From contig OY776510.1 of assembly GCA_963675665.1 (NCBI GenBank), positions 4,992,001 to 5,056,000 on the forward strand: DNA of 64,000 bases, read 5' to 3'. Shown here in pieces: positions 41,410-51,605 of this stretch. Below the pieces are notes generated by a model. The model was not told where the DNA came from and searched no databases. It saw only the letters and a program-made list of their open reading frames with translations. A program made the position numbers and the translations under genes. Origin of the DNA: Spirochaetia bacterium. Lineage in GTDB: Bacteria > Spirochaetota > Spirochaetia > UBA9216. Within the stretch, counting starts at the first letter, position 1, and each line of letters starts with the position of its first letter.

Positions 41410-42021
41410 ATGCAAATGATAATTAAAAGCGATTCAGAAAAACTAAAAAGGCAGTTGGAGTTTATCCGCGAAATAGACAAGGTAAAAAGCATCTTCAGAC
41501 AGACGCCCCTAATCGATAAATCACGCAAGGAAAATGATGCCGAACATTCATGGCACCTTGCAATGATGACAATAGTTCTTGCCGAGTATGCGCCTCCCGG
41601 AACTGATCTCAACCGCGTTATACAGATGGTTCTTGTTCATGATCTGGTTGAGATTGATGCCGGAGACTCCTACCTGTTCGACGAATCTGCACAGCTTGAC
41701 AAGGAAGAAAGAGAGCAAAAAGCAGCTGATAGAATTTTCGGCATCCTGCCTGAAGAAACCGGCTCGGAAATAATGGATCTTTGGCAGGAATTTGAAGAAA
41801 GGAAAACAGATGAAGCACGATTTGCCGCTCTGATGGACAGAATCCAGCCTTTTATTCACAACATCAGCACCGACGGAATTTCATGGCTGGAGCATGGTAT
41901 AAGCCGCTCGCAGGTCCTGGGCCGGATGAGACCCGTTGTCGGGCAGTTCCCCCTGTTCTGGGAATTTCTTACGGCGAATGTCGACGGCGCGGTAAAAAAA
42001 GGATGGCTAAAGCCGGATTAA
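41410..42021 (+). CDS. HD-domain phosphohydrolase (YfbR/HDDC2-like)
   Basis: EIDKVK.I.R, ENDAEHSWH, VHDLVEIDAGD. Confidence 0.9.
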   Translation: MQMIIKSDSEKLKRQLEFIREIDKVKSIFRQTPLIDKSRKENDAEHSWHLAMMTIVLAEYAPPGTDLNRVIQMVLVHDLVEIDAGDSYLFDESAQLDKEEREQKAADRIFGILPEETGSEIMDLWQEFEERKTDEARFAALMDRIQPFIHNISTDGISWLEHGISRSQVLGRMRPVVGQFPLFWEFLTANVDGAVKKGWLKPD

Positions 42022-43361
42022 TCAGCTGTCCGGGCAATGCGGAAGCCGAAGTATGCATATGCATTAGTAGTCCAGCCCGATGGGTAATGATAGCCAAGTT
42101 TACGCCCGTTGCCCAGGGCAAAGGAAATGGCGCCGCCTCTCATTAGTTTATGCATGCTATCGACAGTGTCAAAAACCCATTCATTCATATTTCCGCTCAT
42201 ATCCCAGAGCCCCAGCGCGTTTGAGTTTTCCACTGTTGCCACTTGCTGAACAGTACTGGTAAAGTTTGCCACTTTTGCAGTCTCAATAGTATCATTGATA
42301 TCCGCAGTCGCCCCGCTGGCGTAACCTCCGGGATAATAATCTCCAGCATCCCTGATATCGTTTAATGTTCCGGTATCCTGAATATATCTTGCGGCCAGCC
42401 CCCATTCATCTCCGGTCAGAAGTCTGAATCCGGTTTTATAAGCGGGAACGATGTCGTCATAATCTACCGTTGTGGAGTCCCTGACCGGGATCCCTGCATC
42501 CTGGTAAACACATTCATATGACGTTGAAAAAAATGTATTCATATACTCAGTCAGAGCATTACACCAGACCATTGAATCACGCCAGTTAATATAATGTGCG
42601 GGATATAACGGACCTGCAGGCGGGGTTGCGCCGTCGTCGGTACCGGAATTTGCGAATGTATATGTTCCGGCAGATTCTCCGCCGTCGATGCTACCGTTCA
42701 TATCAGTATCGCCTGAAGCCCACTTATAAACCTCGCTCCACAAACCGTAAGTCACTTCAGTTTCACCGATCCAGTAGGCATCATCAACCGTTGCAATACC
42801 GTCCGGATCATCATTCGTACCGTCCCCGTCCAAATCGCCTGCATCATCAACACCGGTAGGAAACGTAATCCCGCCGGGGACATAAATCATATCAAACGAA
42901 GCTGTACTCAGCGTAAATGTTTCCGAATCACCTGCATTGTATGCAGGCGGAGTATATGCATAATCCGCAATTACAATTGAATCTAAAGTTACTGATACCG
43001 AACACATATCGAATATGCCGGTATTGTCGGCGGATGTTACTGTAATTTCAGCAGCTCCGCTGCTCTTTACCGTTACCTTGCCGAATGCATCAACCGAGAA
43101 AATGCCTTCATTGCTGCTTACCCAGGTTACGCCTCGCTGGGTCGTATTTGCCGGGGAATATTCTACGGCAAGTTCAAACTCTTCGGCCCTCGCAATTGTT
43201 CCCTCCGCTCCGGCAAGTGATAAAGCTGTAAGAGGTATTTCAATAAAAGAAGGATTATTCGGATCAAGCGGGTTCGACGGTGCATTCGGGGTTAATGTAA
43301 ACAGCTCGCAGCAGAGTAATAAAACAGCGGCTATCAAAGCGGCAATGATTATCTTTTTCAT
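42018..43361 (-). CDS. Lipoprotein with Ig-like (Big_2) and FGE-sulfatase (CLec-fold) domains
   Basis: Start MKKIII (ATGA overlap with upstream gene); LLLC-C lipobox; VTWVSSNE.I.SVD..GKVT; IGETEVT...W; NALGLWDMSGN..EW; RGG; GFRIAR. Confidence 0.88.
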   Translation of the reverse strand: MKKIIIAALIAAVLLLCCELFTLTPNAPSNPLDPNNPSFIEIPLTALSLAGAEGTIARAEEFELAVEYSPANTTQRGVTWVSSNEGIFSVDAFGKVTVKSSGAAEITVTSADNTGIFDMCSVSVTLDSIVIADYAYTPPAYNAGDSETFTLSTASFDMIYVPGGITFPTGVDDAGDLDGDGTNDDPDGIATVDDAYWIGETEVTYGLWSEVYKWASGDTDMNGSIDGGESAGTYTFANSGTDDGATPPAGPLYPAHYINWRDSMVWCNALTEYMNTFFSTSYECVYQDAGIPVRDSTTVDYDDIVPAYKTGFRLLTGDEWGLAARYIQDTGTLNDIRDAGDYYPGGYASGATADINDTIETAKVANFTSTVQQVATVENSNALGLWDMSGNMNEWVFDTVDSMHKLMRGGAISFALGNGRKLGYHYPSGWTTNAYAYFGFRIARTAD

Positions 43362-44476
43362 CTGAGAACCCCCGCAGGATAAAATTTCCATAAAAACGTA
43401 AGTTCACCCGGTCCGGGCTGCAGGTTAAACGACAATTTGTCTGAACCATTCTGCAATTCAGTATCTTCATTGCCCTGCGGCAGCAGAAACAGCAGCGCCG
43501 ATGCCGCCAAGGAGAGAATACCTCCGCCGGTCACGGACAATGCAAGTATACTCTTACCTTTAAATATATCAAAAACAGCGAGATATTCAGAGTATACCTG
43601 GTTAAAATACTCATCAGCAGTAAGGCTTCCGTAATTGGGACTGTCGTCCAGATAAACATCATTATAAGCCGGATCAACATTCGCGGTCTTGTACGCAAGA
43701 GCATCATAGATCAGATACCCGCCGACAGCTGCTGCTGCAGCGCCGATTCCAAGAGTACTCCAGGCTGCAATTTTCCTGACATCCGGGCCGCCGGTTTTTT
43801 CTTCTTCAGTCAGAATATCGGCGACATTTTCCACTTCCTCAGGAACGATTTCTTCAGCTTCAGGCTCCGCCTGTTTTGGTTCCTGCGCTGCGGGTTGAGC
43901 CGGAGCTTCTGCTACCGCCGGGGTTTCTGCTACCGCCGGAGCTTCAGGCTTTACAGGCGCATCTGCCACATCCGTTCCGACGGCGGTGTTTGCCGGCTCC
44001 GGCTGAGGTTCTGATATGCCTGAATCAGAAAGTTTTAGCGCAAGCGAATCAATATTATCCAGCAATTCATCCATATCGGCAAAAAGCCCTCTGGCTGTAT
44101 TTATGGTTTGTGAAGACTCTGTTTCAATCATTTTGGCATTCAGGATATATCTTGTTCCAACCCTGCTGACATCGCCTACAATGATATACTCGGCGGCCAG
44201 AAGCTTACCGATTTCAAGCTGACATGATTCATCCGCACAGCCGGAAACTGAAAACTCAAGCTCCATCAGTATATTATCACGCTGGGCTTTATCTATGACA
44301 CGAAACCGGTTTGTTTCGAAGACCGATGAAGTCAGAAAAGATACTATGGCGTTTGCATCGCTTTCGGCAATTCCGTTTGCCGTGAAATCCAGAACGGTTA
44401 TGATAGGTTTTCCCTGTGAAAAAGCACTCAAGACAAGCAAGAGAGAAAAAACCAGGATGAATATTGTTTTCTTCAA
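43358..44476 (-). CDS. Exported CsgG/HfaB-like domain protein with Pro/Ala/Glu linker and C-terminal hydrophobic segments
   Basis: Signal peptide; ITVLDF..NG...F.VID..QRD.IL.ELEFSVSGCADESCQLEIGKLLAAEYII.G; paralog of 4431-5306. Confidence 0.75.
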   Translation of the reverse strand: MKKTIFILVFSLLLVLSAFSQGKPIITVLDFTANGIAESDANAIVSFLTSSVFETNRFRVIDKAQRDNILMELEFSVSGCADESCQLEIGKLLAAEYIIVGDVSRVGTRYILNAKMIETESSQTINTARGLFADMDELLDNIDSLALKLSDSGISEPQPEPANTAVGTDVADAPVKPEAPAVAETPAVAEAPAQPAAQEPKQAEPEAEEIVPEEVENVADILTEEEKTGGPDVRKIAAWSTLGIGAAAAAVGGYLIYDALAYKTANVDPAYNDVYLDDSPNYGSLTADEYFNQVYSEYLAVFDIFKGKSILALSVTGGGILSLAASALLFLLPQGNEDTELQNGSDKLSFNLQPGPGELTFLWKFYPAGVLR

Positions 44477-44570
44477 ATTTCATTCCTCGGATAAGTCTTT
44501 GCTCTCAATGATAATATGTTAATTATCGGTTTGCAACCGGTTAATTAATTATTTTATCAGATTTGTCATG

Positions 44571-44604
44571 TAAAAAAAACCGTCCGGAAAATCATCCGGA
44601 CGGT
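44571..44604 (-). terminator. Intrinsic terminator of the ABC operon
   Basis: CCGTCCGGA-loop-TCCGGACGG with a T-run on the minus strand. Confidence 0.8.
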
Positions 44605-44655
44605 CTGAAATAAATTAACACTTCTCCTGAAATATCAACAGGACTTTCACAATTT

Positions 44656-45714
44656 TTATTCGGCATCGGCTCCTTTCTGCTGTTTAAGCGCCGCTTCATT
44701 CTGCTTTCTGAGCTGGAACTGGTCTACAACAACAGCAATTACAACTACAAATCCCTTTATTACCGTCTGCCAGAATGATGAAACACCGACCATTACAAGT
44801 CCGTCGTTAAGAACTCCGAGAATCAGCGCGCCTATTACCGAACCTCCGATCGAACCCCGGCCGCCGGAAAGCGAAGTACCGCCGAGAACGACCGCGGCGA
44901 TTGTGGTCAGCTCATACGATTCGCCCGTGGCAGGATGAGACGCTACCAGCTGGGATGAAAGAACAAGGCCCGTCAGGGCAGCTGTAAACCCCGAGAACAT
45001 ATAGGTTGCCATCTTGATTCTGCGCACCCTTATACCGGAAAGTTTTGCCGCATCGGCATTGCCGCCTACTGCATATACATGGCGGCCGAGCGGAGTTTTC
45101 TTTGAAACGTAAGCAGCTATAACGGCAAGCGCAATTGCAATCCATACTACAAGCGGAATTCCGATTATCGTGCCGGCGCCCAGTTTGGGAAACCCGGTGT
45201 TACCGAGGGAAGGATCACCGATCAGGTTAGGAAAGGTTTTCCCTCCCGAACGGAGCATTGCAAAACCCCGGGCCATATACATCATGCCTAGAGTTGCAAT
45301 AAACGGCGCAACTTTCAAACGGGTAATAAGAAGCCCGTTAACGGCTCCAAGACCCGTACCTATCAGAAGAACAATAATAATGATCATCCCCGTATGGAAA
45401 TAGATAACCAGGTCAAACATCGGCAGTCTCAGCCCTTCAACAATGAAACCGCCGGCAAGCATACCGCACAACCCGGCGATTGAACCGACCGAGAGATCAA
45501 TTCCGTCGCCGATTATTACAAATGTCATACCCATTGCAAGAATTGTCCATATTGCCGAATGCTTGGCCATTGCAACCAGGTTTGCAAACGAAAGAAAATT
45601 CGGAGCTATAATTCCAAATACTACCAATACGGCGAAAAATGCAATCAGTGTTCTTAGTTTAAGAAGGAGCATTCCAACGGAGAAATCCCCTTTCAATTTA
45701 TTTTTGGTAACCAT
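44656..45714 (-). CDS. Monosaccharide ABC transporter permease (RbsC-like)
   Basis: GMTFVII..GIDLSVGS, PFIATLG, YAVGGN..AAKLSGI, YEL..IAAVVLGGTSLSGGRG. Confidence 0.93.
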   Translation of the reverse strand: MVTKNKLKGDFSVGMLLLKLRTLIAFFAVLVVFGIIAPNFLSFANLVAMAKHSAIWTILAMGMTFVIIGDGIDLSVGSIAGLCGMLAGGFIVEGLRLPMFDLVIYFHTGMIIIIVLLIGTGLGAVNGLLITRLKVAPFIATLGMMYMARGFAMLRSGGKTFPNLIGDPSLGNTGFPKLGAGTIIGIPLVVWIAIALAVIAAYVSKKTPLGRHVYAVGGNADAAKLSGIRVRRIKMATYMFSGFTAALTGLVLSSQLVASHPATGESYELTTIAAVVLGGTSLSGGRGSIGGSVIGALILGVLNDGLVMVGVSSFWQTVIKGFVVVIAVVVDQFQLRKQNEAALKQQKGADAE

Positions 45715-45730
45715 AAGTCTGTTCCTCCTT

Positions 45731-47287
45731 TTATGCTATTGAAGTAATTCCATGACCAATTTCCGAAGCCTTTCGTACCTTTTCTTCAGTAGCTTCCGAA
45801 CGGTCAAATACTCCGGTCACCTTACCCTTTGAAAGTACTATGATTCGGTCGGACATCGAGAAGATTTCTTCCAGTTCCGACGAGACAAGAACAATACCGA
45901 ATTTCTCATTCGCCATGCTGTTTGTAATTTCAAAAACATCGGATTTTGCTCCGACATCAATTCCCCGGGTAGGCTCGTCCATCAGCAGTACTTTCGGTTT
46001 TGTCAGAAGACCCTTGCCTATAACCACTTTCTGCTGATTTCCTCCGGAAAGGGCGTTAATGGATATCTGCGGACTGGCAACCTTGATGGCAATCTGCCTG
46101 ATCGTTTCAATAACAGATTCATTCTCTTTCTCTTTATTTATATGAAAAATTCTGGTAAATGCTTTTAAACTCGACATGGTCAGATTGTGATCAACAGCAA
46201 GGTTCAGAAACAAGCCTTCTCGTTGCCGCTCTTCAGGAATAAGAACCAGCCCCCGCTCTATTCGCCCTTTTGTATCAATTCCGTCTATCCGTTCGCCCGA
46301 CAGCCATATTTTACCGGTAGTTTTTTCCATTGCCCCCATCAGGCTTTCGAGCAGTTCGGTCCGGCCGGCCCCCATCAGGCCGTAAATTCCCAGAACTTCG
46401 CCTTCCTTTACCTCGAAAGAAACATTATCAAGGGTATATCCGCCCCCGAATCGGGGCAAGGTCATATTTTCAGCCCTGAGAAGGACTTCGCCGGTTTGGT
46501 GAGCTTCACCCTGGAAAAACTTCTTCGGATCCCGTCCCACCATCTTTTCAATTATTTCATGCATCTCCATAGACGCAATTTCATTAAAATCTATCAGATT
46601 CGCATCTCTCAATATTGTTATGTAATCTCCGATCTCCTTAATTTCTTCAAGCCGGTGTGATATATACACAATGGCAACATTCTGCGATTTGAGATCATCA
46701 ATTACATCAAACAGGACCTTTACCTCCTGTTCGCTCAACGAAGACGTTGGTTCGTCCATTATCAGTATTTTCGGTTCATCGATCATGGTTTTTGCTATTT
46801 CCACAATCTGCTGCTGTCCAAGCCTCAGGTCACGCACAAGAGTCTCCGGTTTTATGTCCTGACCCAATCTTCTCAGAACTTCTACAGCACGTTCTTTCTG
46901 GCTTCCGTGGTCTATACTAAAGGCGTTTTTCTTCAATTCCTTGTTCATGAAGATGTTTTCAGCAACATCAAGATCGGCAAAAAGGTTAAGCTCCTGATGC
47001 ACTATACCTATTCCCTTCTGAACGGCATCACGGGTTGAGGAAAAAGAAACAACCTCCCGCGAACCGTTATCATCGTACATGATAAGTTCGCCGGCCGTCG
47101 GCTGCTCAATTCCGGCAATTATTTTCATAAGGGTGGATTTGCCTGCGCCGTTTTCTCCTACAAGAACATTTATCTTTCCCTTGTATATCTTGAAATCAAC
47201 ACAGTTTAATGCTTTGGTTCCGGGATATACCTTGTCTATCCCGACGGCTTCCATAATCAGCCCTTCTTTTGGTTCAATCATAAGCAA
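45731..47287 (-). CDS. Monosaccharide ABC transporter ATP-binding protein (RbsA-like)
   Basis: GENGAGKSTL, DEPTSSL, LSGGNQQK, DEPTRGIDVGAK. Confidence 0.95.
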   Translation of the reverse strand: MLMIEPKEGLIMEAVGIDKVYPGTKALNCVDFKIYKGKINVLVGENGAGKSTLMKIIAGIEQPTAGELIMYDDNGSREVVSFSSTRDAVQKGIGIVHQELNLFADLDVAENIFMNKELKKNAFSIDHGSQKERAVEVLRRLGQDIKPETLVRDLRLGQQQIVEIAKTMIDEPKILIMDEPTSSLSEQEVKVLFDVIDDLKSQNVAIVYISHRLEEIKEIGDYITILRDANLIDFNEIASMEMHEIIEKMVGRDPKKFFQGEAHQTGEVLLRAENMTLPRFGGGYTLDNVSFEVKEGEVLGIYGLMGAGRTELLESLMGAMEKTTGKIWLSGERIDGIDTKGRIERGLVLIPEERQREGLFLNLAVDHNLTMSSLKAFTRIFHINKEKENESVIETIRQIAIKVASPQISINALSGGNQQKVVIGKGLLTKPKVLLMDEPTRGIDVGAKSDVFEITNSMANEKFGIVLVSSELEEIFSMSDRIIVLSKGKVTGVFDRSEATEEKVRKASEIGHGITSIA

Positions 47288-47290
47288 CCT

Positions 47291-47980
47291 CTACTCTTTA
47301 ACTTCAATCACAGCAGGGGTCAGTATAATATCTTCGACCGCATCAGATTGTTCAAGTTTGAACGCTGCATAGAAGCTTACTGTTTTTCCGGAAAGGTTTT
47401 CCAGGTCAAGCGGTTCAACAACTACCTTTTTCATTTTATTATTCAACTCATCAGCAAGGCTGGCAAACTGCAGCTGGTTTCCGACTTCGGAAAATTTGAT
47501 AAAATCCAGCGAATCACGAAGCGCGGTCTTTTTTATAACCGGACCTACCTGAATGGCTGTATCCCTTACGCCGTCGGCAGGTACAAGATCTATGATAAGA
47601 AGTCCGTTTCTCGAGCTGCTGTCATATTCAAGAACAACTGCTTCACCTTTTACCTTAAACGCGAAACTTGCGGCTCCCTGAGTTTTTGTCAAACCATAAT
47701 CAGCTGTAGCTTTCTCCCTGTCGGACTTCAGCGCGTTGATAATAATATCGATATCTACACATTCTTCCTTAAAAGCCGGTACAAGCCTGGAATCCCAGAT
47801 TCCTTCTACATATGAAACAGGCTCAAACTGGCTTCCGCTTTTTGTCCAGGTTGAATACTCTCCCTTTACTTCTTTTGCTTCGACTTCACTTAATTTCCTG
47901 ACAGTACATGATGTAAAAGCTAAAAAGATGACTGCAATCAAAGTAAGGAACAGCAGACCTTTCTTATTCGTTTCGATCAT
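47291..47980 (-). CDS. DUF2291 family lipoprotein
   Basis: Start MIETNKK; lipobox FTS-C; YV..IW; IQVGPVI..TALRD...FI.F....NQLQFA.LA.ELN; located between the SBP and ATPase genes. Confidence 0.82.
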   Translation of the reverse strand: MIETNKKGLLFLTLIAVIFLAFTSCTVRKLSEVEAKEVKGEYSTWTKSGSQFEPVSYVEGIWDSRLVPAFKEECVDIDIIINALKSDREKATADYGLTKTQGAASFAFKVKGEAVVLEYDSSSRNGLLIIDLVPADGVRDTAIQVGPVIKKTALRDSLDFIKFSEVGNQLQFASLADELNNKMKKVVVEPLDLENLSGKTVSFYAAFKLEQSDAVEDIILTPAVIEVKE

Positions 47981-48059
47981 ATTTTGACTCCAGATATATT
48001 GATTTACATTAAAAAAGGAATCCGGTCGAAACCGGACTCCCCTTATTCTATCATGAGAA

Positions 48060-49019
48060 TTAATTGATTGGTGCGAAACCTTTCCATTTGGTCGCATTTT
48101 CGGGAGTAATGAGGAAGCAGTCGTTAAGAATTTTTTCTTCACTCATGCCGGTTGAACCGGTTTTGATATATTTGTCGGCAAGTTCTACTGCCATTTCCGC
48201 GTTCTTTGCATTCGGCTGCATAACAGTTCCGTCGATTTTACCCTGAAGGATCGACTGAAGAACATTATCGTTTCCATCAAAACCCATTACAACTATATTG
48301 CCCTTTCCGGCTGCATCAATTGCTGCCTGTGCGCCGAGAGCCATTGTGTCGTTACCACAGATAATACCGTTAATGTCGGGATTTGCCTGAAGTATTGATT
48401 CAATATCAGCATATGCTTCTGTCTGGCTCCAGTTTGCTGTTTCTCTTGCAGCCATTACCATGTCAGGATACTGATCTATGATATTGTGAAAACCTTTGGA
48501 TCGGACACCTGCATTTGTATCTGATTCTTTTCCAACCAGCTCTACATATTTGCCTTTTTCTCCGAGAAGCGAAACAAACCTTTCAGCGCCGAGTTTTGCC
48601 CCCTGGAAGTTATTTGAAATAAGCTGAGCCTTTGCAATCCCGGTTGCATTTATCTCTCTGTCCATACAGAAAACAGGAATACCTGCATCTGTGGCTCTCT
48701 GAAGGTTATTCGGTGAAGCATCGGCATTTGCGATATCAATGATAATAGCTGCAGCATTTCTTGCAATAGCTGTATCGATTATATCACTTTCAGCATTAGG
48801 ATCATCACCATGAACCGCAAGCAGCGTTTCATAACCAAGAGATTCTGCTTTGGCTTTAGCAGCATCAGCTTCCGCTGTAAAGAAAATATTGTCTTTATCA
48901 GGGGTTACTATTACCATAAGATTTGATGACGCTTCAGCTTCCTGCTGACCTCCAGCGAACACCAGTCCTGCACCCAACAGGATTGATACAAGTGCGAAAA
49001 TAAGAATTTTCTTAGACAT
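48060..49019 (-). CDS. Sugar/polyol ABC transporter substrate-binding protein (RbsB-like)
   Basis: Peripla_BP fold motifs N.FF, GIPVFCMDREI, SNNFQGA, GKESDTNAGVRS, GNDTMALGA, GFDG. Confidence 0.93.
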   Translation of the reverse strand: MSKKILIFALVSILLGAGLVFAGGQQEAEASSNLMVIVTPDKDNIFFTAEADAAKAKAESLGYETLLAVHGDDPNAESDIIDTAIARNAAAIIIDIANADASPNNLQRATDAGIPVFCMDREINATGIAKAQLISNNFQGAKLGAERFVSLLGEKGKYVELVGKESDTNAGVRSKGFHNIIDQYPDMVMAARETANWSQTEAYADIESILQANPDINGIICGNDTMALGAQAAIDAAGKGNIVVMGFDGNDNVLQSILQGKIDGTVMQPNAKNAEMAVELADKYIKTGSTGMSEEKILNDCFLITPENATKWKGFAPIN

Positions 49020-49132
49020 AAGCCCTCCTTAAATATAAACGCATCAACGATACGTAATGTACCAACGGCACATTGCACGCCTGTAGCGTGTTATCCACAT
49101 TAAAAAAATTGCGATATCCCAGAGCAAAACTC

Positions 49133-49146
49133 TGAAACCGATTTCA
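49133..49146. promoter_or_regulatory. LacI-family operator upstream of the ABC operon
   Basis: TGAAACCGATTTCA, palindromic with central CG; near-identical copies at 54708 and 56441. Confidence 0.75.
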
Positions 49147-49293
49147 TTGATGTTAAAAGTTTATCATACCCAACCCGTTTGTCAAGGAATATAACTCAAA
49201 AATCTTAATATTTTTGCGTAAGTTACCAGCTTTTTGGTAACTTTACACCATTACCTTACCAGTTTTGTCAGGTATTATTCAATGAAAGCGTTA

Positions 49294-50199
49294 TCAAACA
49301 GCTCCAATACCAATATCCAGACCAAGCATCCGGCCATAATCCGTATAGCCTGCGCATTCCGTTTTTTCAACATTGCTGAAAGATGCCCAGGGATATTCAA
49401 AACCGAGACCATCATATTTTCCTGATCCAAGCCGGTGAAAAGGCAATAATTCAACTTTTCTGATTGCGGTTTCCCGATAAATAAAATCAAGCATATGCTT
49501 AACGGTTTTTTCAGAATGGTTTACTCCGGGAATTACCGGGATACGAACCACAACATTATCATGGCAACGGCTGATCCCGGTTATATTCGCAAGAATTTTT
49601 TCCATACCGACTCCGGTATATTTCAGATGTTCAGCGTTGTCAATGTGCTTGAGATCTACATAAAAAAGATCAATTACATCAAGCAGGCTTTCGATTATCT
49701 GCCAGTCTACTGCAGCTGCTGTTTCAATTGCGGTATGTATACCTTCAGCTCTGCACCTTTCGGCAATTTCCCTGACCTCCCGGTGCTGCAGAAGGGGCTC
49801 TCCGCCGGAAAAAGTTACACCGCCCCCGGATTCCCTGTAGAAATGCCTGTCGGCGAGAACAACCTTCATAAGCTGCTCAATATCATAGTCCTGCCCCACT
49901 ACCCTTCGGGCATCAAAAAAACAGGCATCTGCGCATCTTCCACAACCCGTGCAGGCATCATGATCAGTTATAAAGCCGTATTTTTCCGAAAGAAAAACCG
50001 CGCCCTCAGGACAGACTTCAATGCATTTTCCGCAGCCGCTGCATTTATTTTTATAGTACATCAGCTGCTTTTTGAAACTCCAGGATTCCGGGTTCTGGCA
50101 CCAGCTGCATCTGAGGTTGCAGCCCTTGAAAAACAACACTGTTCGGATCCCGGGGCCGTCTTTCGTTGCATAACGCTCTATGTCAAAAACATTTATCAT
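49294..50199 (-). CDS. Glycyl-radical enzyme activating enzyme (radical SAM with ferredoxin insert)
   Basis: DGPGIRT.LFFKGCNLRCSWCQNPES; two CxxCxxCxxxC; GGVTFSGGEP. Confidence 0.95.
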   Translation of the reverse strand: MINVFDIERYATKDGPGIRTVLFFKGCNLRCSWCQNPESWSFKKQLMYYKNKCSGCGKCIEVCPEGAVFLSEKYGFITDHDACTGCGRCADACFFDARRVVGQDYDIEQLMKVVLADRHFYRESGGGVTFSGGEPLLQHREVREIAERCRAEGIHTAIETAAAVDWQIIESLLDVIDLFYVDLKHIDNAEHLKYTGVGMEKILANITGISRCHDNVVVRIPVIPGVNHSEKTVKHMLDFIYRETAIRKVELLPFHRLGSGKYDGLGFEYPWASFSNVEKTECAGYTDYGRMLGLDIGIGAV

Positions 50200-51605
50200 A
50201 TTGTTGCAGGTTCAAAATCGCTCATCGCCGGCCCGCCCAAAAGCTGATGGTTTATATCCACGTTGCTGCGGAACTGGGCAATTCTTTCAACTGATGAGGC
50301 GTTATGCGCCCCCTGCTCCAGAGTTGTCTCGCCGGTGGAAACCACTCCTATTCCGGCAACAATACAGCACCCCTTATACCATCTAAGCATATTCAGAAGA
50401 GGGTTCTCGGGAGATCTGTCCAGAACAGTCCTGGAATCTATTAATCCGACGCGGGGATTAAGATATATGGCTTCAGCATCAATAGGATAAAGAACTGTAT
50501 GGTTATCCTGGGTATATACAACATTACTGTTGTCTCCGTAAAGAACCTGCTCGCCGTATTTTTCAGCGAGCACCGCCATACCCTCTGCATTCCCCAGAGG
50601 GTTCTGGGTTATCATACATGTATTCTGGTTCATATTATTATAAACAAGTTTATGAATGTGCAAATCAAGCGAGTCGTCATCAGAGGGTTTTATACTTTCC
50701 CGTCTAAGCGGAAAATCCATATTCTCGGGAACTGCGGACATGGGACAGTAAACCATTTCATCAGCGGAAATTCGCTGGCTCATCGAACCGGTGCCGTACC
50801 CGCTTATAAGATTATTATAATTATAGTTAAGACGCTGGGTAAAATCAGCTACCATTGCCTCATCGGCGACATCTCTCCGGGACAGTTCCGCTTCATTCAG
50901 CGGCTCGGGCCTGATACCGTAAAAAACGGCCGGTGTTTTATCATAAATATCGGAAAGCAGTTTAACCACATTAATTCCGCGGCGCCGCAGGTGCATCAGC
51001 GACATTGAACTTATCTCAATAGTCGTAAGCCTGTAAAGCCCGTCTTCAAGTGAATTCCCCCTGGCAAAGGGGCCATGGCCCCTTACAATGGTAAGCCTGT
51101 TATCAGCAAGGTATTTCGGCAGCCTTTCGGTCATCTCCGCAGACCCCACCGGTTGTACATATGTGCCGCAACGTACTTCTCCGACAATGAAAGATCCGTA
51201 GAAATCAACCGGATGAAACATGAATTCTTCACGCCCTTTATCATCCTCGCCGAGATATTTCATAAAAAGCTCTTTTTCTTTCGTATCGAAAGATACCGAA
51301 GAGGTATAAATGCCATGACTGTGAACTACTGCATTGGTTCCAGGATGCATAAGGATTTTACGGTGATTATCAGACTCTGTTGAACCGCGTGTATCACCCC
51401 AGGACACCCTGGAAAAGCGGACAGGTACAATATCATGCGGAACAAGAGCGCCAATCTGAGAACCGCTTGCAGTTATGTAAAATAAATCCGGGTTCTCGGG
51501 ATCCCTGACTGAAAGATTACCGCTATGAGTATTATTGGCATTAACGCGCCCGAGCGCCTCACCTATTGTTCGAAGATTCTTATATGCCCATTCGTGTGAT
51601 GTCAT
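50196..51605 (-). CDS. Tandem class II aldolase/adducin-domain protein (second domain lacks metal ligands)
   Basis: Domain 1: SGNLSVR, ITASGS, STE...H, VVHSH, RGHG; domain 2: GSMSQR, SLDLHIH, MITQNP, AGIG; shared F/L-x-P-V/I-D motif. Confidence 0.78.
   Translation of the reverse strand: MTSHEWAYKNLRTIGEALGRVNANNTHSGNLSVRDPENPDLFYITASGSQIGALVPHDIVPVRFSRVSWGDTRGSTESDNHRKILMHPGTNAVVHSHGIYTSSVSFDTKEKELFMKYLGEDDKGREEFMFHPVDFYGSFIVGEVRCGTYVQPVGSAEMTERLPKYLADNRLTIVRGHGPFARGNSLEDGLYRLTTIEISSMSLMHLRRRGINVVKLLSDIYDKTPAVFYGIRPEPLNEAELSRRDVADEAMVADFTQRLNYNYNNLISGYGTGSMSQRISADEMVYCPMSAVPENMDFPLRRESIKPSDDDSLDLHIHKLVYNNMNQNTCMITQNPLGNAEGMAVLAEKYGEQVLYGDNSNVVYTQDNHTVLYPIDAEAIYLNPRVGLIDSRTVLDRSPENPLLNMLRWYKGCCIVAGIGVVSTGETTLEQGAHNASSVERIAQFRSNVDINHQLLGGPAMSDFEPATI

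Noticed and set aside
42018-42140. FGE/CLec C-terminus as a diversity-generating retroelement variable region
   Set aside because: No reverse transcriptase or template-repeat copy seen in the window, and the RGGAIS deviation from RGGSW is not explained by adenine-only mutagenesis. A remote DGR cannot be excluded without the genome.
47981-48142. Track's N-terminal extension of the DUF2291 ORF
   Set aside because: Overlaps the SBP gene and an intergenic hairpin (about 48016-48040); the lipoprotein leader begins at ATG 47980.
49091-49099. Perfect DnaA box TTATCCACA
   Set aside because: Single copy, no cluster and no dnaA/dnaN context; not evidence for an origin.
49220-49243. Palindrome AAGTTACCA-gctttt-TGGTAACTT between the activase and the SBP promoter
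   Set aside because: Single copy and AT-rich; cannot distinguish terminator from operator, so not called.
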